Shown here one piece after another: positions 20,303-29,727 of a stretch of DNA of 37,452 bases (position 1 is its first letter; the number at the start of each line of letters is the position of its first letter). Made by a program: the position numbers and the translations under genes. Under the pieces are notes generated by a model. That model had not been told where the DNA came from, did no database searches, and worked only from the letters and a program-made list of their open reading frames with translations. Where the stretch lies: positions 1 through 37,452 of IMG/VR virus record IMGVR_UViG_3300021255_000078; one strand, 5' to 3'. Origin of the DNA: a virus.

Positions 20303-21478
20303 TTATGCGTTTTCGAGGGCTGCTACTTTGTTTTCAAGGGCGATTATTCTCGCAAGAAGGTCTGAAACATCAACACCAGTAGCAGAGTTATTAACATATA
20401 TTTTGCCTTCCCAGTCAACAGCAAAAGCATTTGAACGTGCATCTGGCGATGCACCATTGCCTATTATAAATGCATATTTGCCGTTTGAATCCTCGATATT
20501 ATTTTTCCCTTGAACGTGCTGACAAGCAGACGAAGCAATTGTATTTGCACCTTCTACATGAGAACATCGCCCACTTGCTGCTGTATTATCACCCTCAGCA
20601 TGAGACATATTACCACTTGCTGTTGTATAACTACCTTCTGCATGAGAACGGTCGCCACTTGCTGTCGTACTCCTTCCCTCAGCATGAGCATTATCGTTTA
20701 TTGCTTTTGTGTATCCACCCTCAGCATGAGAACCCCAAGCACTTGCTGTTGCAGTGTCACCCTCAGCATGAGAACGAGCACCGCTTGCTACTGAGTACCG
20801 ACCTTCTGCATGAGAATAAACACCTGATGCTGTTGTATCTCCACCCTCAGAATGGGCGGAAAGAGCTGTCGCTTTTGTATATCCACCCTCAGCGTGGGAG
20901 TTACCACCTAACGCATATGCATGGTTACCCTCTGCGTGAGAATAACCACTTGCTACTATATTGGCTGTATAATTATTAAAAACTTCTGCATTGTTTTCTA
21001 CTGTATATGTTACGCCATCAACAACATAAGTAGTTCCTGCTGGAATAGTTTTACCTGCATTGTAGATTTCTTCTGTCAAGGCATTTGCAATTTTAGTTTT
21101 TTCGGCAGAAGTAACGAATTTGTTATTTTGATTTGTGTCGTCCACCAAATCAGAATTGAGTTTATTTGTTGATGTGATTTCGGACTGTAATCCGTCAACC
21201 AAATCTGCAACGGAAAAGTCAACAGTATTTCCATTTTTCAGCGTGAGAATAACTTTCTTTGTATTATCATCATAGCTTCCGCCAACAACCATTGTTTCAA
21301 GCGGAAGGTCAATTGTCTGAGGTGTTCCGAGAGCTTCGCCGCTTGTGTTTTTAAGAGTTGCAGTCATTACATAAGTCTGTGAATTTATTGAAAGTTCAAG
21401 ACTGTGAGCATATGCAGAACCGTCATCGCCTGAACCGCTGAAATTTGCCGCTTTAAGAATATTATAAAGTTCACCCAT
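20303..21478 (-). CDS. Tail fibre / receptor-binding protein with YadA-head-like repeats
   Basis: 391 aa. The N-terminal fibre-like region contains NKFVTSAEKTKI. Eleven 14-aa (S)HAEG repeats follow. The C-terminus is the coiled coil LLARIIALENKVAALENA. Confidence 0.65.
   Translation of the reverse strand: MGELYNILKAANFSGSGDDGSAYAHSLELSINSQTYVMTATLKNTSGEALGTPQTIDLPLETMVVGGSYDDNTKKVILTLKNGNTVDFSVADLVDGLQSEITSTNKLNSDLVDDTNQNNKFVTSAEKTKIANALTEEIYNAGKTIPAGTTYVVDGVTYTVENNAEVFNNYTANIVASGYSHAEGNHAYALGGNSHAEGGYTKATALSAHSEGGDTTASGVYSHAEGRYSVASGARSHAEGDTATASAWGSHAEGGYTKAINDNAHAEGRSTTASGDRSHAEGSYTTASGNMSHAEGDNTAASGRCSHVEGANTIASSACQHVQGKNNIEDSNGKYAFIIGNGASPDARSNAFAVDWEGKIYVNNSATGVDVSDLLARIIALENKVAALENA
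20507..20950. repeat. Eleven degenerate 42-nt coding repeats (SHAEG units)
   Basis: H(A/S/V)(E/Q)G recurs at residues 181, 196, 209, 223, 237, 251, 265, 279, 293, 307 and 321 of the fibre. Confidence 0.85.
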
Positions 21479-21698
21479 TATTATTACTTCCTTTCTGGAG
21501 AATCCATTCTCCTAAACTTGTCATGCCGTAGAAATTACCTGTTGAAATATCCCATGCAATTGAACCTTGATACAGAATTCTGCCTGAAAAATAGTTTGTT
21601 TCAGGGAGTTCCTCCGCACTGTCAACATCAATTTCCATACGCACAACCGACAGACCGTTTTCATATGCTATGAATTTTTCATTTCTTATTGAAATCAT
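21471..21698 (-). CDS. Hypothetical small tail/fibre-associated protein (75 aa)
   Basis: SD is AAAGGAG. It overlaps the fibre gene start by 8 nt. Confidence 0.5.
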   Translation of the reverse strand: MISIRNEKFIAYENGLSVVRMEIDVDSAEELPETNYFSGRILYQGSIAWDISTGNFYGMTSLGEWILQKGSNNNG

Positions 21699-21759
21699 TT
21701 TTAACTCCTTTCCGCACAGAAATTTCTCTGTACATAAACAGCTTAAAATGGCAGTTTTT

Positions 21760-21782
21760 TCAATACAAAACCATTGATTATT
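21760..21782. repeat. 23-nt repeat, copy 2 (TCAATACAAAACCATTGATTATT)
   Basis: 22/23 identical to 6332-6354, in the same orientation. It lies in the intergenic gap between the holin gene and the 75-aa gene. Confidence 0.7.
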
Positions 21783-21800
21783 TTATGACTTCCAGAAATT

Positions 21801-22163
21801 TTATTTTTTTAACTTTTCAAGAATTTTTTTGACCCATGCGGAAGTATCAGGATTGATTTCTGCATAATTTTCAAATATCGAAATTATCTCCATTATTGCG
21901 ATATAGCCGAAAACGATTATTGCCGTGACTGAACCTGTGATATTCGCAAGCGTCTGACTGTCGTAATATTTTCCGAGGTATCTGATACCGATTTCCAGAC
22001 CGCATGAAACTGTCATCACAATCAGCTCCGTGATTTTATTCAGACCGCCTTTTCTCATTTTGGTACTGTTCAAATCTCCCGAAATATAGGCTTTTATCAG
22101 TCCTGTCACAAAATCCGATGCCGCTAAGCCGAGGATTATTGTTATCATTATGATGTACTGCAC
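21801..22163 (-). CDS. Holin (toxin-secretion/phage-lysis holin family-like), copy B
   Basis: Three hydrophobic segments and the D..TG...A...S.....G..K pattern (AASDFVTGLIKAYISGDLNSTKMRKGGLNK). The GTG at 22163 lies 5 nt after an AGGAGGAA SD. Confidence 0.7.
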   Translation of the reverse strand: MQYIIMITIILGLAASDFVTGLIKAYISGDLNSTKMRKGGLNKITELIVMTVSCGLEIGIRYLGKYYDSQTLANITGSVTAIIVFGYIAIMEIISIFENYAEINPDTSAWVKKILEKLKK

Positions 22164-22164
22164 G

Positions 22165-22407
22165 TTATTCCTCCTTGTTTTCAAGCGCAGTCACACGGGC
22201 ATCAAGTCCGATAATAAGCTGTTCAATTGCAACAAGCCTTGCATTGAGACTTTCATAATTTCCTCTTGCCGTTTCGATTTCCGTCTGAATCTGATGTATT
22301 GTTTCATCAAGAATATCTGAATTGTAATTGAAGTCCGCAACGTTTACCAAGTCCGAATTTTCGGGCTTTTTGAGATGTAAATTTGCAGTTTCAGTCATTG
22401 ATTTCAC
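22165..22407 (-). CDS. Short fibre-like coiled-coil protein (80 aa)
   Basis: The N-terminal ANLHLKKPENSDLVNVADFNYNSDILDE resembles fibre N-termini. The C-terminal coiled coil ends in ALENK, like the 391-aa fibre. Confidence 0.45.
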   Translation of the reverse strand: MKSMTETANLHLKKPENSDLVNVADFNYNSDILDETIHQIQTEIETARGNYESLNARLVAIEQLIIGLDARVTALENKEE

Positions 22408-23827
22408 CCCATTTGTAAATAATTTCCTGCCATGAATATGAGCTGATCCCTGACCAGCGTTTCATTGATTTGAGCGTTGAATTTTTAATTTCCTCCTGCA
22501 AAGCCTGAGCCTGCAAATCGGTCGGAGAATTTCCGCTTGTCGTGATTCCACGGTACGGATTAAATCCGCCTATATACTTTGTGCTGTCGCCGAGTGTGAT
22601 TGAAAGAATTTCAAGGCTGAGTTCGTCACGTTCAATTTCAATAACTTCCTGCACCGTTTCAACATCCAGAGGTTCGCAGTATACAGTTCCCTTGTCACCA
22701 AGCCTGATGTCATGCAGGTTCTGAAAATCTTTATACCGTGGGTCGTCCTTGATGTTTGCCATTTTGATTTTATAAGTATATTTCGGATATGCGACAGAAT
22801 CAAAATAACTTTTCCTGATTTCGTCTGAAAGCGGAGTGTTGAACTTGACTGCTCTGACAACAGGGGACGGAACTGCATAGGTTGTTGTTGTATCATTCCA
22901 TAGCCAGTTTCCGCTCCAGTTGCCATACATATCAATAAATTCAAGTCTTGTCATGAAATCAGTATAGTCAATTGAAAAATCTATTTCCTGCAAATCAAAG
23001 GAATACCGCAGAGAAAAGGCATTTTCACGGGCATTTTCCATTCGCTTGTTTATGCTGAAATAAAAATTATTGCGGTAAAGTTCACCGCCGAAAAGATTCA
23101 CAAAGCACTTGCTGTCACCGATGAGCGCAGCAGTCAGGGTTGTATTTGTGAATCCGTCAAATTCATTTGTGTTATCGTCCGAAAGGTCCGTGCTGTACTC
23201 AAAATCATAGATATTAAATGCCTTATAAGCTTCGGGATTTGCGGCTCTTTCCGAGGTGATTACACCGTTTGTCATAATCCAGCGCAAAAGTTTCTGCGGA
23301 TACCAGCCACCTCTGTTTTCTTCGGGAATTTCTTTCAGCAGGATAATATCACGGGATAAGTCGTAAAAAAGCTGATTTGCGGTCACAGTTATGGTTCGTT
23401 CGGAAGAGTTAATTTTCGGCTGTTCCATGTCGATTCTGAAAAGCTGACCGTTAGACTTTATGATGTTCTGCGGTATGAGATACCGCCATTTTCCCCAGTC
23501 ATCAAGAGGGTGAACGAGCGTAATATCCCACCGCCCATTTTCAGCCTGAAACGAATGGCATGAAATCGGGTCAAGAACTGCAAGTCCGTTGTGCTGAAAT
23601 CCGTCCTGTTTTTCCCACATGGAGTAGACTTTGATTTTCCGTTCGGGCGGCATCGCCCACATATCAATTCCCTGAATATTCGGGAGAAGTTCATGCCACG
23701 GAAAACCGCTGTTCATGATTCTGTCAATCCGCCATAAAGCTTTCGGAAACGGTCTTTCCATGTATTTTTCGGGAATATCTGGGAAAAGGTCATTCATCGG
23801 GAACTCATCTGACATATACCAAGCCAT
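22391..23827 (-). CDS. Tail-associated hub protein (Tal / phage minor structural protein)
   Basis: 478 aa. Position and the pattern KVYSMWEKQDGFQHNGLAVLDPISCHSFQAENGRWDITL...LFRID...VTANQLFYDL resemble prophage-tail (Tal) N-terminal domains. Confidence 0.6.
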   Translation of the reverse strand: MAWYMSDEFPMNDLFPDIPEKYMERPFPKALWRIDRIMNSGFPWHELLPNIQGIDMWAMPPERKIKVYSMWEKQDGFQHNGLAVLDPISCHSFQAENGRWDITLVHPLDDWGKWRYLIPQNIIKSNGQLFRIDMEQPKINSSERTITVTANQLFYDLSRDIILLKEIPEENRGGWYPQKLLRWIMTNGVITSERAANPEAYKAFNIYDFEYSTDLSDDNTNEFDGFTNTTLTAALIGDSKCFVNLFGGELYRNNFYFSINKRMENARENAFSLRYSFDLQEIDFSIDYTDFMTRLEFIDMYGNWSGNWLWNDTTTTYAVPSPVVRAVKFNTPLSDEIRKSYFDSVAYPKYTYKIKMANIKDDPRYKDFQNLHDIRLGDKGTVYCEPLDVETVQEVIEIERDELSLEILSITLGDSTKYIGGFNPYRGITTSGNSPTDLQAQALQEEIKNSTLKSMKRWSGISSYSWQEIIYKWGEIND

Positions 23828-23829
23828 AT

Positions 23830-24756
23830 CTACACCCCTATCGGAAACCCTATCGAGCTGAGATATTCAGCATTTTTTAATTGTGTGGTCGATACATAAT
23901 TTATCGTACTAAAAAATTCTTTTTCACTATTTCCGTCACTTGCATGAACGTTACAGTTTTCTATTTTATCAGAATTAATTAAATTGCAGCCTTTGTCGCT
24001 TGTTTCTATAATATAAATTTCACTGCCCTCACATACTTTGATATTAAAAATATTGTTTGTATAAACATTATTTACGGTAAACCGCAAATTTGTTGTATTT
24101 TTTAATTCTCCTGCAATATAGCAATTGCAGAATCTGCAACTTGATGAAGCATCATAATAATAGCCGCTGCTTGTATAATAGTTATTAAAAAATTTTTCGG
24201 TATTATTTTCTCCGATTATGTTAAAATGTGAATTTACGGCATCAAATCCGGTGCCAAATGATAAATAATTATTGCCCGTAAGTTTTACATTGATTCCACA
24301 GCGTTCCAGATAAAAAAATCTGTACATATCATGGTTTGACTGAAAAATTTGCCTGTTAAATATACCTGTTACAACAGTATCATATATCTGAAATTGTTTG
24401 TTCGCCTCCTTGTAAGAACCGTTATGAGCATCAAATAAAACTCCGTCACATCGGCAATTAAAAAAATTAAATCCCTTGATAATCTTTTTGCCGTATCCGC
24501 CATTACCTTTGAAAAAACAATTGTCATACGGCAGATACAGGTCATTGATGACAACACCGTTTCCGTCAATATTCAGCGTTGCAGGGTCGCCTGCGCTGAT
24601 TGTCAGTGTCGGACAGCCGGCTGGTTCAAGTTCATTCATATTCCAGATTGTGCCGTCTGCTATCTTTATACATACGCCTACTTCGGAAACGTGTGCCTTA
24701 AATTCTTCCCACGTTTCAACGATATAGGGGTCATTTTCCGTTCCTGAGCCTGTCAT
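23830..24756 (-). CDS. Right-handed beta-helix-like protein (candidate depolymerase / receptor-binding accessory)
   Basis: The N-terminal GSGTENDPYIVETWEEF is typical of beta-helix proteins, and the rest is Asn/Gly-rich and repetitive. The ATG at 24756 follows a GAGGTG SD. Confidence 0.5.
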   Translation of the reverse strand: MTGSGTENDPYIVETWEEFKAHVSEVGVCIKIADGTIWNMNELEPAGCPTLTISAGDPATLNIDGNGVVINDLYLPYDNCFFKGNGGYGKKIIKGFNFFNCRCDGVLFDAHNGSYKEANKQFQIYDTVVTGIFNRQIFQSNHDMYRFFYLERCGINVKLTGNNYLSFGTGFDAVNSHFNIIGENNTEKFFNNYYTSSGYYYDASSSCRFCNCYIAGELKNTTNLRFTVNNVYTNNIFNIKVCEGSEIYIIETSDKGCNLINSDKIENCNVHASDGNSEKEFFSTINYVSTTQLKNAEYLSSIGFPIGV

Positions 24757-24766
24757 AAAAATCACC

Positions 24767-25129
24767 TCATTTTTTCAGCTTTTCAATAATTTTTCTGACC
24801 CATGCGGAAGTATCGGGATTGATTTCGGCATAGTTTTCAAAAATTGAAATTATCTCCATTATTGCGATATAGCCGAAAACGATTATTGCCGTGACTGAGC
24901 CTGTAATATTTGCAAGCGTCTGACTGTCGTAATATTTTCCAAGATACCTGATACCGATTTCAAGACCGCACGAAACTGTCATTACAATCATTTCAGTGAG
25001 CTTGTTCAGACCGCCTTTTCTCATTTTGGTGCTGTTCAAATCTCCCGAAATATAGGCTTTTATCAGACCTGTCACAAAATCCGATGCCGCTAAGCCGAGG
25101 ATTATTGTTATCATTATGATGTACTGCAA
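24767..25129 (-). CDS. Holin-like paralogue, copy A (start uncertain: TTG 25129 or ATG 25171)
   Basis: Identical to copy B at 115 of 119 aligned residues and about 92% identical at the nucleotide level. It is located between Dit and the beta-helix gene. Confidence 0.65.
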   Translation of the reverse strand: MQYIIMITIILGLAASDFVTGLIKAYISGDLNSTKMRKGGLNKLTEMIVMTVSCGLEIGIRYLGKYYDSQTLANITGSVTAIIVFGYIAIMEIISIFENYAEINPDTSAWVRKIIEKLKK

Positions 25130-25148
25130 TTTTTTGAAATTCCCCTTT

Positions 25149-25877
25149 TTAAACAAATCTTTCCCGCACATTGATTTCAGCGTTCTGTGCGTTGCCGTTG
25201 TGCGATATGTAATTCAGACCCGTGTGAAGTCGTGGATAATCGTTGAAAGTATGGTCGTTAATCGCCCATTTTGCGCCTGTATAGCCTATAAAATAGGTGA
25301 TATGCACTTCGCTGTCGATTACAACAGTTCTGTTGCCGATAATTCCGCCGCCGTCAATTGATGCAAGCCCTTTCAGAATAAAATCCGCACCGTTCACCGT
25401 GACAATAACTTCATCATCAGTCGGAACGAAACTGATTTCGGGATATGAAAAAATCGTCCCGTTATTCGGAACTTCAACAGTTTCAGCCGAAAATTCAACC
25501 ACTGTCGGCATGACTGCATAGGCGAAAGGCTGACAGATAAAAGTGATTTCCAGTTCGCCGAACCGAGGAGAAAGATAATTCGAGGAAACTGTTATGTTCT
25601 GCACATAATAGCATTTATCAGGTTCGGAGCTGAAAGAAAGTGAGCCGCTTGTATTATCGAGCCATGCATAAATCTGACGGATATTTTCACGAGATTTAAG
25701 ACCGAGAGTTACAGTTATCTGGATTTCATCACGATTATTTACATCCGGATAAAACTTCACGGGAGAATCGGGAACGGTAACAGGAGAAAGATTTTTTTGT
25801 GATTTATTTACAAAAGGCGGACGTTTCAGAAGTCCGAAAGTTCGTGAATCAATACTATTATAAATAAAATAACTCAT
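25149..25877 (-). CDS. Distal tail protein (Dit)
   Basis: 242 aa, immediately downstream of and overlapping the tape measure gene stop. This is the siphovirus tail-family position and size. Confidence 0.65.
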   Translation of the reverse strand: MSYFIYNSIDSRTFGLLKRPPFVNKSQKNLSPVTVPDSPVKFYPDVNNRDEIQITVTLGLKSRENIRQIYAWLDNTSGSLSFSSEPDKCYYVQNITVSSNYLSPRFGELEITFICQPFAYAVMPTVVEFSAETVEVPNNGTIFSYPEISFVPTDDEVIVTVNGADFILKGLASIDGGGIIGNRTVVIDSEVHITYFIGYTGAKWAINDHTFNDYPRLHTGLNYISHNGNAQNAEINVRERFV

Positions 25878-28800
25878 TCTTCATAAACTCCTATTCCTGC
25901 AAGATTTTTCTGAGTTTCTCTTGCTATGCCCTGAGCGATAGTGCGGATATCAGTATCATTATTGATATTTGCATTGATACTGACATTTACGGGTGCATAA
26001 ACAGTTCTGTTATCATAGTTGCTTGTGTTGTAATTGTTCTGACTGCTGCGGAAAATTTCACCTGCCTGCATAAACGGCAAACTCATATCCTGAGCAGGGA
26101 TTTCGGGGAGTTCCTGAAAAATACCTTTGATTTTTGCAGTTATTTCAGGAATTTCAGGGGGCTGAATTTTTTCAAAAGCCGTTTTTATTTTTGCCGTAAT
26201 ATCGGGAATTTCGGGAGTTTCAAGCTTGTCGGAAACAGTTTTGATTTTCCTTGTAAGGTCAGGGATTTCGGGAAGTTCAACCTTTTCCGCAGAGATACTT
26301 ATTTCCGCCTTTAAATCGTCCTGTAAGCCTTCAAAACTGATTTCAGGTGTAATTATACTGTTGTCATTCAGACCGCCTATAATTTCGGCTGTATCGCTGA
26401 TTGTGTGCTGTAACTCGGACTGTTTTGAAGTTATGCCGTGAATGAGGTTGTCCATCATATCGGGCATCCACTTGTCATCATCTTTCAGCAGACCCTTTTC
26501 AGGTGTAGAGTGATGCAGCAGGTCATAAATAAATCCGCCGAACTCCTCCCAAGTGTCCGTCCATTCGTCCCACTTTGATTTCAAGCCACCAATAAAGTTG
26601 TCAATTATATCCGTACCCCAGTTCCAAGCAATATCAATGAGACCTGAAAATGTATTTTTGATATTTTCGATTCCGTCAAGCCATTCATTGACCTTATCGG
26701 AAAAGTAATTTACTGCGGTATTTACAGCAGTTTTTATGATTTCAAATCCAAGCGTAAACTTATTTTTAAGGCTTTCAAAGTCATCTTTAACGATTCTGAA
26801 ACAGTCAGATAAAAAGGCTTTAAAATTCTCAAATTTTTCATTTGTTTCATTAATTTTATTTTTTACAGCGGCAACGACATCAGCAACAGTTTCTCCTACA
26901 CCCTGCCAGAAATTATTCCACGATTCGCCAAATTCGGAGGTATTGAAGAAGTCATTAATATCTTCTTCGGCATTTAAAAGGCTGTCGCTTATATCCTCTG
27001 CACCCGAAATCCAGTTATCACCGAAATTCTCAAAATCAAGCCAGTAACCGTCCCAGTCAACACCGCTGAAAGTATCTGACAATCCCTGAAAAGCCCCTGA
27101 AATCAGGTCAATTGTGCCTGCAACAATGTCTCCCGTATAGCCAAGCAAAGGCTGTAAAAATTCTTCCCAGACCGCAAGAGCAGGAGTTTTGAGAAAATCC
27201 AATGCACCGCTTAAAAGGTCAACTGCTGCGGCTAATCCGTCAAAAAGGTTCGGGAGAATTTCATTTCCTGCCCATTCAATAAACGGAGCGAGGACATTTT
27301 CTGAAAGCCATTCAAACAGACCGCCTATTTTTTCGATTATCGGGGTAAGACTGTCAAGAATATTGCCGAAAGATTCTGATAATCTGCTTAGATTAATATT
27401 TTCAAATGCTCCGAAAATATTTGAAAAGCCTTTTGTGATATTCGCAGTAACAGTTTTAAATGCCGAATTATCGCCTGAAAATCCGCTTGCAAGATTGATG
27501 ATAAATTCTTTTCCGACATTTTTGAAACGCTGAATATTTTCCTTTGAAGTGAGAGTCTTTATAAATCCTGAAATAATCTGCGGAATTTTCGGGATAAGCT
27601 GACCTGCGGCAACTGCGAGGGCTTCACCGATATTTGCGAAAAATTCAAGCGATTTATCGAACATTCGTGGGGCATTCAGCATAAGCTTTTCAGAAAAATT
27701 ACCTATTATAACAGGTAAATATTTTATAAGCTTTTCAGTGACTTCATTTAAACCGTCAAAAATGCCATTGAATAAAGTTACTGCACCGAATGTAAGTTGA
27801 GCTGAAAATTTCGGCAGCATATCCACAAAATCAAGGACAAGCGTTTTCGTGCCTGTAATCAGTGCAGGAATAATTTTCTGCGTAATTAATGGCATAGCAG
27901 AAACAAGCATTTCCGCACCTGTCACGATGATTTTATTGAACGTTCCGAAAATCTGCGGAGCGATTCTTGAAAAATTCTTTTCGATTTCGGTAATATTTTT
28001 ATTGAAAATTTCCTTGAACTTATCGAGAGCTGACATAATGCCGTGTTCGTTGAAAGCATCAATAATTTTGTTGCCGTCCTGCACTATACCTCTCAGATTA
28101 ACAGAAATTTCGTCATAAATTTTCTTTCCTGCACCTTCGAGAGCCGATTTGAAAAGCGTAATATCGCCTGCTAAATTGTCAAGGCGGATTTTTGACATTT
28201 CTTCCGCTGCACCGTCACAGTCATGTATAGCCTCTGTCAATTTCATGAAATCTTCATCGGAGGAATTGACAATTGCAAGCAGTCCCGACATACCTCGCTG
28301 CCCTGCGATAGTGCTTGCATACTGCGCCTTTTCGACCTCGGAAAGATTTGCGAAACCTGCACGCATACTGTCAAGAGTTTCCCTGAAAGACTTCATAGTG
28401 CCGTCCTCATTTGTGAGAGCGATACCGAGAGTTTCCATAGCTTCTGCGACATCATCTGTCGGAGTTGCAAGGTTTGTGATGATGTTTCGGAGCGCAGTAC
28501 CCGACATTGAGCCTTTTATGCCTGCATTTGCCATAAGTCCGATAGCTGCGGACATATCTTCAATCGAATATCCGAGCGCACCGGCAAGAGGAGCGACATA
28601 CTGAAACGTTTCGCCCATCATGCCGACATTTGTATTTGCATTGGAGGCTGTTTTTGCGAGGACGTTTGCGAAATATTCCGACTGATCGGCAGACATTCCG
28701 AAAGCGGTCATTGAATCCGTGACAATATCCGAAACTGTCGCAAGTTCCTCTCCGCTTGCCTGAGCGAGATACACAATTCCCTGCAAGCCGTTTTCCATGT

Positions 28801-29698
28801 CCTGAGTTTTCCAGCCTGCCATAGCCATATATTCAAGGGCTTTAGCGGATTCTGTTGCTGAAAATGAAGTAGTTGCGCCCATTTCCGAGGCTTTTGCGGA
28901 CAGTCTTTCGAGTTCCTCACCTGTTGCGCCTGAAATTGATGCAACCGTAGACATCTGAGCCTCAAAGTCAGAGCCTACTGAAAAGGCGAATTTTCCGACA
29001 GTTTCAGCGGCTTTTGTGAATGTTTTTGCATACGTTTCAACGGCTTTCAGACCTGCTTTAAAGCCTGTTTCAGTGACTTCAACAAAAGCCTTTGCAGATG
29101 TTTCAGCGGCTTTAAAACTTAATTCAGCGGCTTTTTTCGTCAGATTTCCAATTTGTTCACCAAGAGACTTAAAAGCATCACCAAGTTTTTGTAAAGCACC
29201 TATTTCTCCGTTCTGAGTACGTTCAAAGCGTTCAAGAGCCTGATTGCTTGATACGAGTGCGGATTCAGCATATGCAAGCTGTTTTCTGTAATCGTCATAC
29301 TGATTTCCTGCGGATTTTACGGCATTTTCAGCCTTTCGCATTTCCTTTTCGGCTTCTTTTGCGGCATCAGAATTTTTACCTTGTGCAGCGGCTGTTTCCT
29401 CGTATTTCCTCTGAGCCTCAGCAAGTTTTTGTTTTGCGGCTTCAAAGGTTTCATTGGACTTTTCGACAGCATCTTTCAGCCCGTCAGCTTTACTTTGATT
29501 TGCGGCAACCTGAGCAGCAAGATTTTCATGCAGTTTTGTGATAGTTTCAATGCTTTTATCACCTGCATCAAAGGCTGTCATAAGGGTTTTATATTCCGAT
29601 TTCAGGACGGACAATTCGCTGTTTACAGCCCTTAAACCTTGTTTGAACTGCTTTTCACCGTCAAGGGATAAACGTGTTTTTAATACTCGTTCCGACAT
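25874..29698 (-). CDS. Tail tape measure protein
   Basis: 1274 aa with an Ala/Lys/Glu-rich helical N-terminus and Gly/Ala-rich membrane-like core segments. It lies downstream of the G/GT chaperone pair. Confidence 0.9.
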   Translation of the reverse strand: MSERVLKTRLSLDGEKQFKQGLRAVNSELSVLKSEYKTLMTAFDAGDKSIETITKLHENLAAQVAANQSKADGLKDAVEKSNETFEAAKQKLAEAQRKYEETAAAQGKNSDAAKEAEKEMRKAENAVKSAGNQYDDYRKQLAYAESALVSSNQALERFERTQNGEIGALQKLGDAFKSLGEQIGNLTKKAAELSFKAAETSAKAFVEVTETGFKAGLKAVETYAKTFTKAAETVGKFAFSVGSDFEAQMSTVASISGATGEELERLSAKASEMGATTSFSATESAKALEYMAMAGWKTQDMENGLQGIVYLAQASGEELATVSDIVTDSMTAFGMSADQSEYFANVLAKTASNANTNVGMMGETFQYVAPLAGALGYSIEDMSAAIGLMANAGIKGSMSGTALRNIITNLATPTDDVAEAMETLGIALTNEDGTMKSFRETLDSMRAGFANLSEVEKAQYASTIAGQRGMSGLLAIVNSSDEDFMKLTEAIHDCDGAAEEMSKIRLDNLAGDITLFKSALEGAGKKIYDEISVNLRGIVQDGNKIIDAFNEHGIMSALDKFKEIFNKNITEIEKNFSRIAPQIFGTFNKIIVTGAEMLVSAMPLITQKIIPALITGTKTLVLDFVDMLPKFSAQLTFGAVTLFNGIFDGLNEVTEKLIKYLPVIIGNFSEKLMLNAPRMFDKSLEFFANIGEALAVAAGQLIPKIPQIISGFIKTLTSKENIQRFKNVGKEFIINLASGFSGDNSAFKTVTANITKGFSNIFGAFENINLSRLSESFGNILDSLTPIIEKIGGLFEWLSENVLAPFIEWAGNEILPNLFDGLAAAVDLLSGALDFLKTPALAVWEEFLQPLLGYTGDIVAGTIDLISGAFQGLSDTFSGVDWDGYWLDFENFGDNWISGAEDISDSLLNAEEDINDFFNTSEFGESWNNFWQGVGETVADVVAAVKNKINETNEKFENFKAFLSDCFRIVKDDFESLKNKFTLGFEIIKTAVNTAVNYFSDKVNEWLDGIENIKNTFSGLIDIAWNWGTDIIDNFIGGLKSKWDEWTDTWEEFGGFIYDLLHHSTPEKGLLKDDDKWMPDMMDNLIHGITSKQSELQHTISDTAEIIGGLNDNSIITPEISFEGLQDDLKAEISISAEKVELPEIPDLTRKIKTVSDKLETPEIPDITAKIKTAFEKIQPPEIPEITAKIKGIFQELPEIPAQDMSLPFMQAGEIFRSSQNNYNTSNYDNRTVYAPVNVSINANINNDTDIRTIAQGIARETQKNLAGIGVYEE
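26098..26282. repeat. ~57-nt coding repeats near the tape measure C-terminus
   Basis: Protein repeats (L/T/P)PEIP(D/E)(L/I)T(R/A)KIK..., 3 full copies plus a terminal partial LPEIP. Confidence 0.75.
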
Positions 29699-29727
29699 TT
29701 TTTCACCGTCCTAAAATATAGATGCAA

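Noticed and set aside
20303-21478. Diversity-generating retroelement targeting the repetitive fibre
   Set aside because: I recognised no reverse transcriptase signature in any ORF, and I found no template-repeat copy of the fibre 3' region.
21801-25129. Holin duplication as an assembly artefact
   Set aside because: The copies differ at about 30 positions, with a strongly synonymous pattern, and have different flanks. A collapsed or duplicated assembly repeat would be identical.
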